NCBI GenBank assembly: GCA_049515915.1
Contig: JBEKTP010000005.1
Location: forward strand, 15,307-79,306
Source of the DNA: Patescibacteria group bacterium
GTDB lineage: Bacteria > Patescibacteriota > UBA1384 > UBA12157 > JAENIV01
DNA: 64,000 nucleotides
Direction of reading: 5' to 3'
Part shown: piece after piece, positions 1-9,041 of the stretch
How the letters are laid out: every line of letters starts with the position of its first letter
Numbering within the stretch: the first letter of the stretch is position 1
Notes under the pieces: model-generated
Told to the model about the DNA's origin: nothing
The model's input: only the letters and a program-made list of their open reading frames with translations
The model's database searches: none
Translations under genes and position numbers: made by a program

Positions 1-2
1 GA

Positions 3-242
3 TTAATCGAAAACCAAAGCTGGCCCAAAACCGACAAAAAATATTTAATTACGCCTAAAATTACAATTGCGGTGCAAATCAATGGTAAAACACGTGACAC
101 GGTGGAAATTTCGACCGAAGCCGCGCAAGCTGACGCTGAATCGGCCGCTAAAACCGAAAAAATTAAGAATTTAATCGGTAGTGGAAAAATCGCTAAAGTG
201 ATTTATGTATCTGGTAGAATCATTAATTTTGTGTTAGAATGA
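3..242 (+). CDS. leuS: Leucyl-tRNA synthetase, C-terminal fragment (runs off the window start)
   Basis: Hand translation ...WPKTDKKYLITPKITIAVQINGKTRDT...KVIYVSGRIINFVLE* matches the LeuRS C-terminal VQ(I/V)NGK.R and K.IYV.G.I.N.V motifs. Confidence 0.9.
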   Translation, partial: LIENQSWPKTDKKYLITPKITIAVQINGKTRDTVEISTEAAQADAESAAKTEKIKNLIGSGKIAKVIYVSGRIINFVLE

Positions 243-272
243 TTGAGTAGAAAAATAATCATGGAGTAATCA

Positions 273-521
273 ATGGCAGAACCTAAAAAGCGGTTAACTT
301 CCGCTCGTTCAGGCAATCGTCGCGCCCACCTTTTACCTAAAAAGATTAGCTTAGCTTTATGCCCGCAGTGTAAAAGTTCGATGCGGCCGCATCATATTTG
401 CAAAACATGCGGTTTTTACAAAGGTACCGATGTTTTAAAGCTTGAAGAAAAGGCGCGTCAAAAGGAAGAGCGTCGCAAAGCGCGCGAACAAGAAGAGAGC
501 AAATCGACGGAGAAAAAGTGA
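273..521 (+). CDS. rpmF: 50S ribosomal protein L32 (Zn-binding form, charged C-terminal extension)
   Basis: MAEPKKR..S..RR, CPQC...PHHICKTCGFY. Confidence 0.95.
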   Translation: MAEPKKRLTSARSGNRRAHLLPKKISLALCPQCKSSMRPHHICKTCGFYKGTDVLKLEEKARQKEERRKAREQEESKSTEKK

Positions 522-967
522 ATAGACATCTTTCACGGGTCATAATCATGCAAACGCTTTACGAGTATGATTTTCGACTTGGGACAGATATCAATGAGAT
601 TAAGCAAAGAAATATCGACAACTACGAAGAAGACGCCGATAACGAATTTATTGATAGTTCAATTACGGGTGTGATAAAAAATCAAAAAAAAATTGACGAT
701 CAAATCGTCAAAGCGGCACCTGAATGGCCACTCGATCAAATTTCATTGATTGATAAAACTATATTGCGCATCGCCATCCATGAAATTCTTTATTCAACAG
801 ATGTGCCACCAAAAGTTGCCATTAATGAAGCCGTCGAGCTAGGCAAGACGTTTGGTAGTCAAAATTCATCAAAATTTATTAATGGTGTTTTAGGAACAGT
901 TTATCGGAATTCTCCACGTTATGATCCCAAAGAAGACAAAAAACTATCTGGAAAGATGAATAAATGA
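518..967 (+). CDS. nusB: Transcription antitermination factor NusB
   Basis: R..SR...MQ.LY, IDK.ILR, VPPKVAINEAVELGK.FG...S.KFINGVLG. Confidence 0.95.
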   Translation: MNRHLSRVIIMQTLYEYDFRLGTDINEIKQRNIDNYEEDADNEFIDSSITGVIKNQKKIDDQIVKAAPEWPLDQISLIDKTILRIAIHEILYSTDVPPKVAINEAVELGKTFGSQNSSKFINGVLGTVYRNSPRYDPKEDKKLSGKMNK

Positions 968-1656
968 TAAAAGATCTCTTACAATTTCAAAAAAAAATTG
1001 GGATCAACTTCCATGACGAGAAACTTCTTCGTCAAGTCTTCGTACATCGCTCTTATTTAAATGAAAACCCGGGATTTGAGCTAGATCATAACGAACGTTT
1101 GGAGTTTTTGGGTGACGCTGTTTTGGAATTAGTGGTGACCGAATACCTCTATAGAAATTATAAAAATCCCGAAGGTGAGTTAACTAATTTACGATCAGCT
1201 TTAGTCAAGGGCGTGATGCTTTCTCATATTGCTAGCGATATTAACATTCAAGACTATCTTTATCTTTCGCGCGGCGAAGCCAAGTCAGAAGGAAAATCTC
1301 GACAATTGATTTTAGCAAATGCTTTTGAAGCTTTAATTGGAGCAATCTATTTGGACGGCGGTTACGAAAAAACCCAAGTATTCGTTAAAAAATATCTCAT
1401 TATGCATCTAAAATCAATTATTGATAATAAACTATATCTTGATCCAAAAAGTCATTTGCAAGAATTAGCCCAGGAGCAACTCGGAATCACGCCGATTTAT
1501 AAAGTTATTTCAGAAGAAGGACCTGACCACGCCAAAAATTTTACTGTTGGTTGTTTTATTGGCGAAAAAATGTTTGGGTCAGGTGACGGTAGCTCAAAAC
1601 AAAACGCTGAAAGTGCCGCTGCCACTGCAGTTTTAGATGAGTGGCCTGTTAAATAA
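964..1656 (+). CDS. rnc: Ribonuclease III
   Basis: HNERLEFLGDAVL signature, ANAFEALIGAIYLD, C-terminal dsRBD (DPKSHLQE...GPDH...SKQNAE). Confidence 0.97.
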   Translation: MIKDLLQFQKKIGINFHDEKLLRQVFVHRSYLNENPGFELDHNERLEFLGDAVLELVVTEYLYRNYKNPEGELTNLRSALVKGVMLSHIASDINIQDYLYLSRGEAKSEGKSRQLILANAFEALIGAIYLDGGYEKTQVFVKKYLIMHLKSIIDNKLYLDPKSHLQELAQEQLGITPIYKVISEEGPDHAKNFTVGCFIGEKMFGSGDGSSKQNAESAAATAVLDEWPVK

Positions 1657-2367
1657 TTATACGGCGTACACTCTTAACGCTTGATAGAATTCATAAGCTT
1701 GATAGCGCAACTCATCTTTATCCCTAAACTCCGTCGGTAAATAGGGATCTTTTTGCATAATAAGAGCTAATTCAAAAATAAGTTTTTTAGCGGTAAATCT
1801 TTGGTTTGGATCCCGGTCAATTGTCTTAAGTACCCGGGCCGCTTGAAAGTTGAATTTTTTATAAAGGTCAGAAATATCTGATGTATTCCAGGCTTTTTCG
1901 ATAATGGTTTTATCTAAATTTTGATTGCGGGTAACTTCAAAAAATTTTAACGCGCCGTGGAGATGATATTTTTCGGAAAGTTGTTCTATATCGTCCTGAA
2001 TATCGTTTGGGGTGATCCAAACACTCGCCTGCAAAAGTCCTAAACCTAACCGGCTAAGATCTCGGCGAAGCTTGTCTCGCAAACCACGATTTGACTCCGG
2101 AACATTAAGCATAACTAGTCGCCATCGTCCATCCCATTGACCACTTACCTTAAGAGGTTTTAAAAACCGATCAATCGCCTTTTCGCCTTTATCGTTAATT
2201 TTATAATATATTTCGCCAGAATTTATGGTGCGATTAACCCAACCGAATTTTTTGAGTTTTGCTAAGACACCCCGGGTTTGTTTGCCCCAGCGGTTGAGTC
2301 GATAAAGCGGAACTTCTTTTTCATCTTCAAGCAAAATAAAAACTTCCTGCATAGGCGATAATGACAT
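1657..2367 (-). CDS. PaaX-family transcriptional regulator (wHTH + Cas2-like central domain + PaaX_C)
   Basis: WDGRWRLVML.VPE..R..RD.LRR.L..LG.G.LQ.SVWI.P and DPYLP motifs. Confidence 0.8.
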   Translation of the reverse strand: MSLSPMQEVFILLEDEKEVPLYRLNRWGKQTRGVLAKLKKFGWVNRTINSGEIYYKINDKGEKAIDRFLKPLKVSGQWDGRWRLVMLNVPESNRGLRDKLRRDLSRLGLGLLQASVWITPNDIQDDIEQLSEKYHLHGALKFFEVTRNQNLDKTIIEKAWNTSDISDLYKKFNFQAARVLKTIDRDPNQRFTAKKLIFELALIMQKDPYLPTEFRDKDELRYQAYEFYQALRVYAV

Positions 2368-2386
2368 AGGATCCTTTCAAGACCAT

Positions 2387-2415
2387 AATATACCAATATC
2401 GATAAAGGAAGTCAA
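2387..2415 (-). promoter_or_regulatory. sigma70-type promoter of the PaaX-like gene
   Basis: TTGACT-N17-TATATT on the minus strand, ~20 nt before the ATG. Confidence 0.6.
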
Positions 2416-2470
2416 GCCAAACGTAAGATCTAAACGGATAACCGTTATTTTAAACAGGACTCCCAAAAAA

Positions 2471-3013
2471 TTACTTTCGCAGAACTATTTTTTTGTTATT
2501 CACTAATTTAATTAAGGTTGACGGACGACCGTTCAGGGTTTTACCGTCAACATAAAAATCAACCTGATTACCGAAATAACTACGCGCATCAGCAATGGTT
2601 TTGGCTGGCGATTTACCTTCTATATTAGCACTCGGCGCTACCAAAGGGCCCGTGGCCACTAAAAATTTACGTAAATTATTTTTACGAGGAATTCTGATAG
2701 CAAGAGATTTTGTTCCTCGATGAAGATACTCGAACTGTCTACTCTCACATGGCAAAATGATACTAGTTGGCCCGGGCCAATATTTTTGAAGAATTGATTT
2801 CGTTTTTAAATCAAGATTAATGCCAAATATTTTTAAATCATTAATGGAACCAATTAAAATTATCATTGGCTTGCAAGAATCACGATCTTTAAGATGATAA
2901 ATTCGTTCGACTGTGGAAGGGTTTAAAGCCGAGCCAACAAGACCATAAATCGTATCTGTCGGTACAATGCCAACAAAACCATTTTTTAATTGTCTGATAA
3001 TCGAGTCGTCCAT
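2471..3013 (-). CDS. tsaC: L-threonylcarbamoyladenylate synthase (TsaC/Sua5/YrdC)
   Basis: PTDTIYGL, IY.LK.R...KP, WPGPTSII, AIR.P, APSAN..G. Confidence 0.9.
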   Translation of the reverse strand: MDDSIIRQLKNGFVGIVPTDTIYGLVGSALNPSTVERIYHLKDRDSCKPMIILIGSINDLKIFGINLDLKTKSILQKYWPGPTSIILPCESRQFEYLHRGTKSLAIRIPRKNNLRKFLVATGPLVAPSANIEGKSPAKTIADARSYFGNQVDFYVDGKTLNGRPSTLIKLVNNKKIVLRK

Positions 3014-3045
3014 TTATATTTAGGGAGTTAAATGAACATTCCCAT

Positions 3046-4953
3046 TCATTTAGATCTTAGTTTGGCGCGATATTGAGAGTTCATCATGACGATAATTTTA
3101 GCAATAATATCAGTGACTTTATTTTCCGATAATACGTTTTTTAGATCCTGTAACCAAATATGAAAGGCAACATTTTTCTTGTTGGGACCGAATTTGTTCG
3201 AAGAGAATTCGTCAAATAATTCGACTAATAAAATATGCTCATCGGTTCGAGTAATTTTATCAATAAGTTCTACTGAAGAAACGTTGACATCAACCAAAAA
3301 GGCCAAATCGCGCACTGTCGGCGGGAATTTTGAAATGGGTTTGTATTTAGTGCGAGAAATTTTCAAACTATAATCGCCTGTCGGCAGTTCGATATTGTCA
3401 ATATCAACAATGATATGTTTGACAGGACGACGGATTTTAAAATAATCAAGGATTTTTTGGTCGACATTTTTAATCATTGAATTAATATTTAACTTTTTGA
3501 GCGCACTTTTTAGTAAATCATCGGACTTTCCGGTGGTGGCAATGCCAAGCTGCCATTTTTCTGTATCTTTTTCAAAGACCGCTTCCATTTCGAAAATCTT
3601 AACTTCTGGGGCCCATGGGTTTTTAGTAATTACGGAAAGCAGTGAGGATAATAAATTCGGGCGAAGATATTCGATTTCTGACAACAACGACTTTTCGATT
3701 TGCGGTTGCTTGGACGCTTTAAGATTCAGAATCTCAAGTTTATTTTTATCGATGAAAGAATAAGACAGTGTTTCAGTAAATCCCAGGACGGCTAGTTCAT
3801 CTTTAATTTTTTCGGTTCCACTGAATTCCTTGTTTCTCGGAGCCACTTGCTTATCTAAATTATTTTTATCAAGATTGTTATAACCATATATTCGAGCGAC
3901 TTCTTCAGCCAAATCCTGCCATATTTTTACATCGAAAAGGCGGTATGAGGGAACGCGGGCAGTCGAATCTTTAATCCTAAAATTAAGCCTTATTAAATTC
4001 GCGGCAATTTCTTCCGATGTTAATTTAGTACCAAGTAAGCGGTTAATTTTTACTGGGTCATAGCTGATATTTTGTTCTTTAAACGGCTGGTTTTTTTGAT
4101 CGATTAATTCGCTGGCCTTTGCATCAGGAATCAATTCTTTGATAAGTTGTGCGGCTAGGTTAAGACCATACAGATTTCCTTCGTAATCGACGCCTCGCTC
4201 GTAGCGGTATGAAGAATCGGTGGTATGATTAAGAAATTTTGAAGCCCGGCGAATTAAAATTGGATCAAAGATAGCGGCAGTCAAAACGATAGTCGATGTT
4301 TTTTCGTCAACTTCCGATTTAAAACCACCCATAATTCCTGCCAGGTCATAAATTTTCTCATCGTCCTCAATAATGATAATACCTTCGCATAATTTACGAT
4401 TAACACTGTCAAGGGTAATAACTTCCTCATCTTTTTTAGATAATCTAATCGTAAAATTACCGTCTTTAATTTTGTTGTAATCAAAAGCGTGTAAGGGCTG
4501 TCCGGTGGCAACCATTACGAAGTTTGTGACGTCGACGACATTGTTAATCGAACGAAAACCATAACTTTGTAAACGCTTTTTAAGCCAGTCGGGCGAAGGA
4601 TTGATTTTGATGTTATCAATAATTCTTGCTGAAAAACGCGGACAAATTTCCGGACCGGAAACTTTAACCTCAATTTTTTTATCGATTTTAGCTGATTCTT
4701 CTATACGTGACAGTTCGGAAAAACTTGATTGTTTTAGTGGGATGTTATAAAGCGCTGAAATCTCGCGAGCCATTCCTAAAATTGATAAACAGTCTCCTCT
4801 ATTCGGTGTGATTTCTAAATCAAGGATGGTATCGTCATCTAACTTTTTAATCGACTCAACTTCCTGCCCGAACAAACTCAAATCCTCCGCTAGTTGTGTC
4901 GGGGTCTTCTTAAAATCAACATAATCTTTAAGCCAATTATATGATATTTTCAT
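3046..4953 (-). CDS. pheT: Phenylalanyl-tRNA synthetase beta subunit (no OB-fold B2 domain)
   Basis: MKISYNWL, LEITPNRGDCLS..G.ARE, GQPLHAFD, DLAEEVARIYGY, RDLAF (FDX-ACB domain). Confidence 0.95.
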   Translation of the reverse strand: MKISYNWLKDYVDFKKTPTQLAEDLSLFGQEVESIKKLDDDTILDLEITPNRGDCLSILGMAREISALYNIPLKQSSFSELSRIEESAKIDKKIEVKVSGPEICPRFSARIIDNIKINPSPDWLKKRLQSYGFRSINNVVDVTNFVMVATGQPLHAFDYNKIKDGNFTIRLSKKDEEVITLDSVNRKLCEGIIIIEDDEKIYDLAGIMGGFKSEVDEKTSTIVLTAAIFDPILIRRASKFLNHTTDSSYRYERGVDYEGNLYGLNLAAQLIKELIPDAKASELIDQKNQPFKEQNISYDPVKINRLLGTKLTSEEIAANLIRLNFRIKDSTARVPSYRLFDVKIWQDLAEEVARIYGYNNLDKNNLDKQVAPRNKEFSGTEKIKDELAVLGFTETLSYSFIDKNKLEILNLKASKQPQIEKSLLSEIEYLRPNLLSSLLSVITKNPWAPEVKIFEMEAVFEKDTEKWQLGIATTGKSDDLLKSALKKLNINSMIKNVDQKILDYFKIRRPVKHIIVDIDNIELPTGDYSLKISRTKYKPISKFPPTVRDLAFLVDVNVSSVELIDKITRTDEHILLVELFDEFSSNKFGPNKKNVAFHIWLQDLKNVLSENKVTDIIAKIIVMMNSQYRAKLRSK

Positions 4954-5002
4954 TTTGACAAAATTTTATATTTATTGTCGGTTCCACTTGAAACATATTT
5001 AT

Positions 5003-5689
5003 TTAAAATTGTTTTAAAAATCTTAAATCACCGCTATAAGTTAAGCGAATATCGTCAATTTTAAAATATTGCATCATATAACGATCAATACCCATGCCCC
5101 ACATAATCCCTTGCCATTTTCCCGGATCAATTCCCATATTTTTTAATACGATCGGATGGGCCATGCCCGAGCCAAGCATCTCGCGCCAAGAACCATCTGG
5201 CAGTTGAATATCTAAATCCATTCCCGGCTCGACAAAAGGATAAAGGTGTGGTCGAACGCGGGTCTTAACATTAGCGCCGAATAATTCTTTCATGTACCCG
5301 TCCAATAATCCGATCAAATTTGTCATATTTAAATCTTTGTCGATATCAATGCCGTCAATTTGGTAAAATGTATGCTCATGTGTTTGATCAGTCGCCTCAT
5401 TTCGAAAACATCGTCCAGGAACAACGAATTTAAATGGGGGCTTTAACTTATTTTCTTGAATGTGGCGAACGTCAGTCGCCGTTGTGTGAGTCCGTAAAAC
5501 CCGACCGTCTTTGAGCCAAAAAGTGTCTTGGATATCTCGGGATGGATGATCCGCCGGTACATTTAAAGCATCGAAATTAAACCATTCCGTTTCAATTTCT
5601 GGACCTTCGACAATTTCAAAACCTCGCTCGGAAAAATATTTTAGTGAAAGTCTTAGAAATTGGGTTAAGGGATTTAAATGTCCGTTCAT
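5003..5689 (-). CDS. pheS: Phenylalanyl-tRNA synthetase alpha subunit (catalytic core only)
   Basis: NFDALN.P.DHP.R..QDTF, LRTHT, FRNE..D.TH...F.Q, PF.EP, GMG.DR. Confidence 0.93.
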   Translation of the reverse strand: MNGHLNPLTQFLRLSLKYFSERGFEIVEGPEIETEWFNFDALNVPADHPSRDIQDTFWLKDGRVLRTHTTATDVRHIQENKLKPPFKFVVPGRCFRNEATDQTHEHTFYQIDGIDIDKDLNMTNLIGLLDGYMKELFGANVKTRVRPHLYPFVEPGMDLDIQLPDGSWREMLGSGMAHPIVLKNMGIDPGKWQGIMWGMGIDRYMMQYFKIDDIRLTYSGDLRFLKQF

Positions 5690-5693
5690 TTTT

Positions 5694-6077
5694 TTAATAT
5701 TTTATTTGTTTTCTACCCCGAAAAAATAATTCAATTAAAAAGACTGAAAGAATAAATAGAGCCGCTACCCACCAATTTAAAACGCGAATTTGCTGGAGAA
5801 ACAATATGCCAACGATTCCCAATGAAATAAATACCGATTGTCTAAGAGTTGGTAGAAGATGAGCAAAAATTACCTCACGGTTTGAAGCCCAAACTTTTAA
5901 ATAAAAGAAAACTAATCCGAAGATACTAGTAAAAAATAAAAAGAGCGCGGCGTAAAATATAGCGATAACCCAAAAAGGGCTTTGGTAGGGATTGATGTTT
6001 ATGACAATTTCAGCCGCCAGCCCAGCTGAAATCAAAGCGGTTAGATATAAAATAAATAAATAAAGTCGTAAAATCAT
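5694..6077 (-). CDS. Conserved hypothetical 4-TM membrane protein
   Basis: Four hydrophobic segments; translationally coupled between rbfA and pheS. Confidence 0.75.
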   Translation of the reverse strand: MILRLYLFILYLTALISAGLAAEIVININPYQSPFWVIAIFYAALFLFFTSIFGLVFFYLKVWASNREVIFAHLLPTLRQSVFISLGIVGILFLQQIRVLNWWVAALFILSVFLIELFFRGRKQIKY

Positions 6078-6412
6078 TGTTTTTCTATCTCATCTAATAA
6101 CTCTTCAATTCGATTAACTTTTTGTAAACCTTTATCGATTTTAAAATGCAACTTCGGGGTAAATTTCATGCTCAAATTTTTACCAAGCATTTGCTGGAAT
6201 TTTTGGGTTTTTTTAAAAAGGATATTTAATACAGGTTTTTGAGAGGCTTCGTTAAGGCAAGATATATAAACATTTGCCTCCTTAAGGTCGTCGTTTACAT
6301 CAACAGCGGTCACCGTAATTATGCCAAGCTCTTCGGGTAAATTCAACCGAATCTGCTCGGAAAGTTGTTGTCTAAGAAGTTCAGAAACCTTTTCAACCCT
6401 GCGCGAGCTCAT
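6074..6412 (-). CDS. rbfA: Ribosome-binding factor A
   Basis: R.EKV.ELL, ITVT.V.V..DL..A.VY, TP.L.F..D. Confidence 0.92.
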   Translation of the reverse strand: MSSRRVEKVSELLRQQLSEQIRLNLPEELGIITVTAVDVNDDLKEANVYISCLNEASQKPVLNILFKKTQKFQQMLGKNLSMKFTPKLHFKIDKGLQKVNRIEELLDEIEKQ

Positions 6413-6506
6413 AATTTTCCTCTGAAATCTTCCGGTGTAATTACATTACTCTGGATAAAGCATACCATATTTATCGATATTTGAACAGAGAATCTGATTT
6501 TTACTC

Positions 6507-6535
6507 TTTACAGGTCGGCTAAAAGATGATAAAAT
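6507..6535 (+). promoter_or_regulatory. sigma70-type promoter of the 6563 ORF
   Basis: TTTACA-N17-TAAAAT followed by an AGGAGG SD at 6551-6556. Confidence 0.6.
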
Positions 6536-6562
6536 AAACCAAATCACCAAAGGAGGAGCGCA

Positions 6563-6832
6563 ATGCACCTGGTTGGGTTGATCCAACTCCAAAATGGCGA
6601 ACCTCCAAAATTGCATATTTGGGGGAACGTCGAGGAGCGGTATGCTTATGTACAACTTGTACATCGTCACGGTGATTCAAGAACGGCACGCGAGATTGCT
6701 CTTGGGGAGATGATTCGACTGTTGAGAGGCGGCTGGCAACTTTGTCAGACATCGAGCAGCACGTTGTTGCTCAACTACTATTTCTGCGGCGCCAGTCAGG
6801 CGCTCGCAGCCGACCACGGGAGGCGTCAATGA
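6563..6832 (+). CDS. Hypothetical protein, GC-richer singleton, antisense to the surrounding genes
   Basis: ATG with AGGAGG SD, own promoter, downstream hairpin 6818-6857. Confidence 0.6.
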   Translation: MHLVGLIQLQNGEPPKLHIWGNVEERYAYVQLVHRHGDSRTAREIALGEMIRLLRGGWQLCQTSSSTLLLNYYFCGASQALAADHGRRQ

Positions 6833-6872
6833 CTCGAACGAGAGTTCGGCGCTTCCCTTTGTTAATTAGATC

Positions 6873-6911
6873 CGAAAAATCCGCCCCTAAAGACGGATTT
6901 TTCGTTTTTTT
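6873..6911. terminator. Intrinsic terminator between the 6563 ORF and rpsI (probably bidirectional)
   Basis: CGAAAAATCCG-N10-CGGATTTTTCG followed by a T-run on the + strand. Confidence 0.65.
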
Positions 6912-6947
6912 ATTCTAAGGTGCAATGAACACTAAAGTTATATTAGG

Positions 6948-7358
6948 CTATCGTTTAGCCCATTGCGGTGCCCGCCGCGCCCCTTTAAGACCGGGCTTTT
7001 TACGTTCTTTCATCCGCGGATCACGCGTTAAAAAACCCTCAACTTTTAAAGTTTTATGAAGCTCTGGATTTAATTTATCCAACGCGCGCGCAATACCCAG
7101 CCGAATAGCGCCTTCTTGAGCAATAAGACCACCGCCGGAAATTTTAATAAAGCAGTCAATTTGTTTATCGTAGCCAGTTAGCCGCAATGGTTCAGTATAA
7201 ACGCGGCTGGGATTAGCAATTTCTTTATCATTAATGAGAATCTTGCCTTCGCCCCCGGATATTTTCACTTTGGCAATGGCGGTCTTGCGCCGGCCGATCG
7301 CCGTATATACATCCGTTTTTTTAATTTTTGTAAGAACACTCTTTATTTTTTCAGCCAT
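6948..7358 (-). CDS. rpsI: 30S ribosomal protein S9
   Basis: GRRKTA.A, GGG...Q..AIRLG.ARAL, LTRDPR.KERKKPGLK.AR...QW.KR; start placed at the ATG behind a GGAG SD. Confidence 0.95.
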   Translation of the reverse strand: MAEKIKSVLTKIKKTDVYTAIGRRKTAIAKVKISGGEGKILINDKEIANPSRVYTEPLRLTGYDKQIDCFIKISGGGLIAQEGAIRLGIARALDKLNPELHKTLKVEGFLTRDPRMKERKKPGLKGARRAPQWAKR

Positions 7359-7815
7359 TTTTTTCTCCATTTAAGATCGTAAGATTTTTCAGCCATTCTT
7401 TTCTTAACTTATTTTTTGGCAGCATACCTGAAACAGCATGTAAAATTATTCTCGAAGGGTCAACCCGCATTAGGTCAGCCATCGTTTGACTTTTTAAATT
7501 ACCCAGATATCCGCTGTGTCGATAATATTTTTTTTGAATCATTTTATTAGTGCCCGTGACTTTAATTTTAGCTGCGTTCGTAATCAAAACTTTGTCTCCC
7601 ATTAAAATATTCGGGCGGAAGGTTGGTTTTCCTTTGCCGCGTAGCAGATCAGCTACTCTTGTTGAAAGTCGACCCAAGATTTGGTCCGAGGCATCGATTT
7701 TGTGAGTGATGACTTCAGGCTTAATTTTTTTGGGTTCAACAACTTTGTTAACTTTTTTTGATGACTTTAAGTTCTTTGGAAGAACTTTTGGCCGGCTTTT
7801 CGGTTTTTCGGGCAT
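7351..7815 (-). CDS. rplM: 50S ribosomal protein L13
   Basis: IDA....LGRL...A..L.GK.KP, YY.HSGY.G, GMLPKN. Confidence 0.95.
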   Translation of the reverse strand: MPEKPKSRPKVLPKNLKSSKKVNKVVEPKKIKPEVITHKIDASDQILGRLSTRVADLLRGKGKPTFRPNILMGDKVLITNAAKIKVTGTNKMIQKKYYRHSGYLGNLKSQTMADLMRVDPSRIILHAVSGMLPKNKLRKEWLKNLTILNGEKNG

Positions 7816-7816
7816 T

Positions 7817-8224
7817 TTATTTAACCTTTACTTTATTTTTTACTTCTTCTAATTTTTGTGGAGTAATTTTAGTCGCGACGGTTTCGCCTTCGATAAGTTC
7901 TAATATAATTATCTCGGCATTATCGCCGACTCGCGAACCGAATCGGTAAGATTTAATAAATCCGGAATTAATTTTTTTATATCGAGGTAAAAGCACCTCA
8001 AAGATTTTTTTTACGGCGTTCTCATCAAAAAAATATCTCATTAACGTTCGTTTGGCAGATAGATCATTTCTTTTAGCAATCGAAAATAAATGCTCGACAA
8101 TCGGTTTTACAGCTTTGGCCTTCGCCTTAGTCGTACGAACATGCTCATACAAAACTAAAGAAGTTGCTAAATTTCTTAAAAGATTGTTTCGATAATCTTT
8201 TTTCCTTGATAAAGCATTAGGCAC
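7817..8224 (-). CDS. rplQ: 50S ribosomal protein L17
   Basis: R..LLRNLATSL..E...TT.AKAK, R.GD.A. Confidence 0.95.
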   Translation of the reverse strand: MPNALSRKKDYRNNLLRNLATSLVLYEHVRTTKAKAKAVKPIVEHLFSIAKRNDLSAKRTLMRYFFDENAVKKIFEVLLPRYKKINSGFIKSYRFGSRVGDNAEIIILELIEGETVATKITPQKLEEVKNKVKVK

Positions 8225-8237
8225 TTAGATTCTCCAT

Positions 8238-9020
8238 CTATTTACTCTTAGATTTGGCCGGCTTTTTTGACGCTATCTTTTTAGCTGCTTTCGTTTTCTT
8301 TGATGTTGGTTTTATCTCCGGAGTAATTTCACAGGCTTGTTCAATAAGATTAAAATGCTCAACCAAAATTTTCGAGGCAAGTTTTAGAGTTTCTTCAGGA
8401 TCAATCGAACCGTCTGTGGTAATTTCTAACGTTAACTTATCAAAATCGGTATTCGCACCGACGCGGGTGCTTTCAATTTCATAGTGGACTTTCTTAACAG
8501 GGGTATAAATTGAATCAACCGCAATTGTGCCGATCGGCATTTTTTCATCTTTGCGACGCTCAACCGGAACATAACCACGACCACGGTTGACGGTTATTTC
8601 CATATCAAGTTTTGCGCCTTTGCCCAAAGTGGCCAAAATAACGTCGGCGTTAACAATTTCACACGCCGGATTTTTATCAAAATCAGCAGCGGTAACAGTT
8701 TTGGGCCCTTTGGCTGTAAGATATAATATCACCGGCTCATCGGAATTAAGTTTAAAACGTAAAATTTTGAGATTTAAGATAATCGAAACGACATCTTCTT
8801 TAACACCAGAAATGGTCGAAAATTGATGAGTCACCCCTTCAATTTTGACTGATGAAATGGCAGCGCCTTCAAGCGAGGAAAGTAGCACGCGCCGAAGCGA
8901 ATTGCCTAAAGTCACCCCGTATCCGGGCGAAAGAGGCTCAACGATAAACACACCTTTGTTGTTAATTTTTTCGACAGTTTTAATTTGCACTAAACTGGTT
9001 TCTGGTAATGTAAAATCCAT
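8238..9020 (-). CDS. rpoA: RNA polymerase alpha subunit (NTD only, Lys/Ala-rich tail)
   Basis: EPL..GYG.TLGNSLRRVLLSS..GAAI, GV.H.FS...GV.EDV, GRGYV, DSI..PV..V.Y, TDGSI.P. Confidence 0.96.
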   Translation of the reverse strand: MDFTLPETSLVQIKTVEKINNKGVFIVEPLSPGYGVTLGNSLRRVLLSSLEGAAISSVKIEGVTHQFSTISGVKEDVVSIILNLKILRFKLNSDEPVILYLTAKGPKTVTAADFDKNPACEIVNADVILATLGKGAKLDMEITVNRGRGYVPVERRKDEKMPIGTIAVDSIYTPVKKVHYEIESTRVGANTDFDKLTLEITTDGSIDPEETLKLASKILVEHFNLIEQACEITPEIKPTSKKTKAAKKIASKKPAKSKSK

Positions 9021-9041
9021 ATTACTCCTTCCCCTTATAAA

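Noticed and set aside
1657-2367. Cas2-like motif suggesting CRISPR-Cas
   Set aside because: It is the central domain of a PaaX-family protein; no cas1 and no repeat-spacer array in the window.
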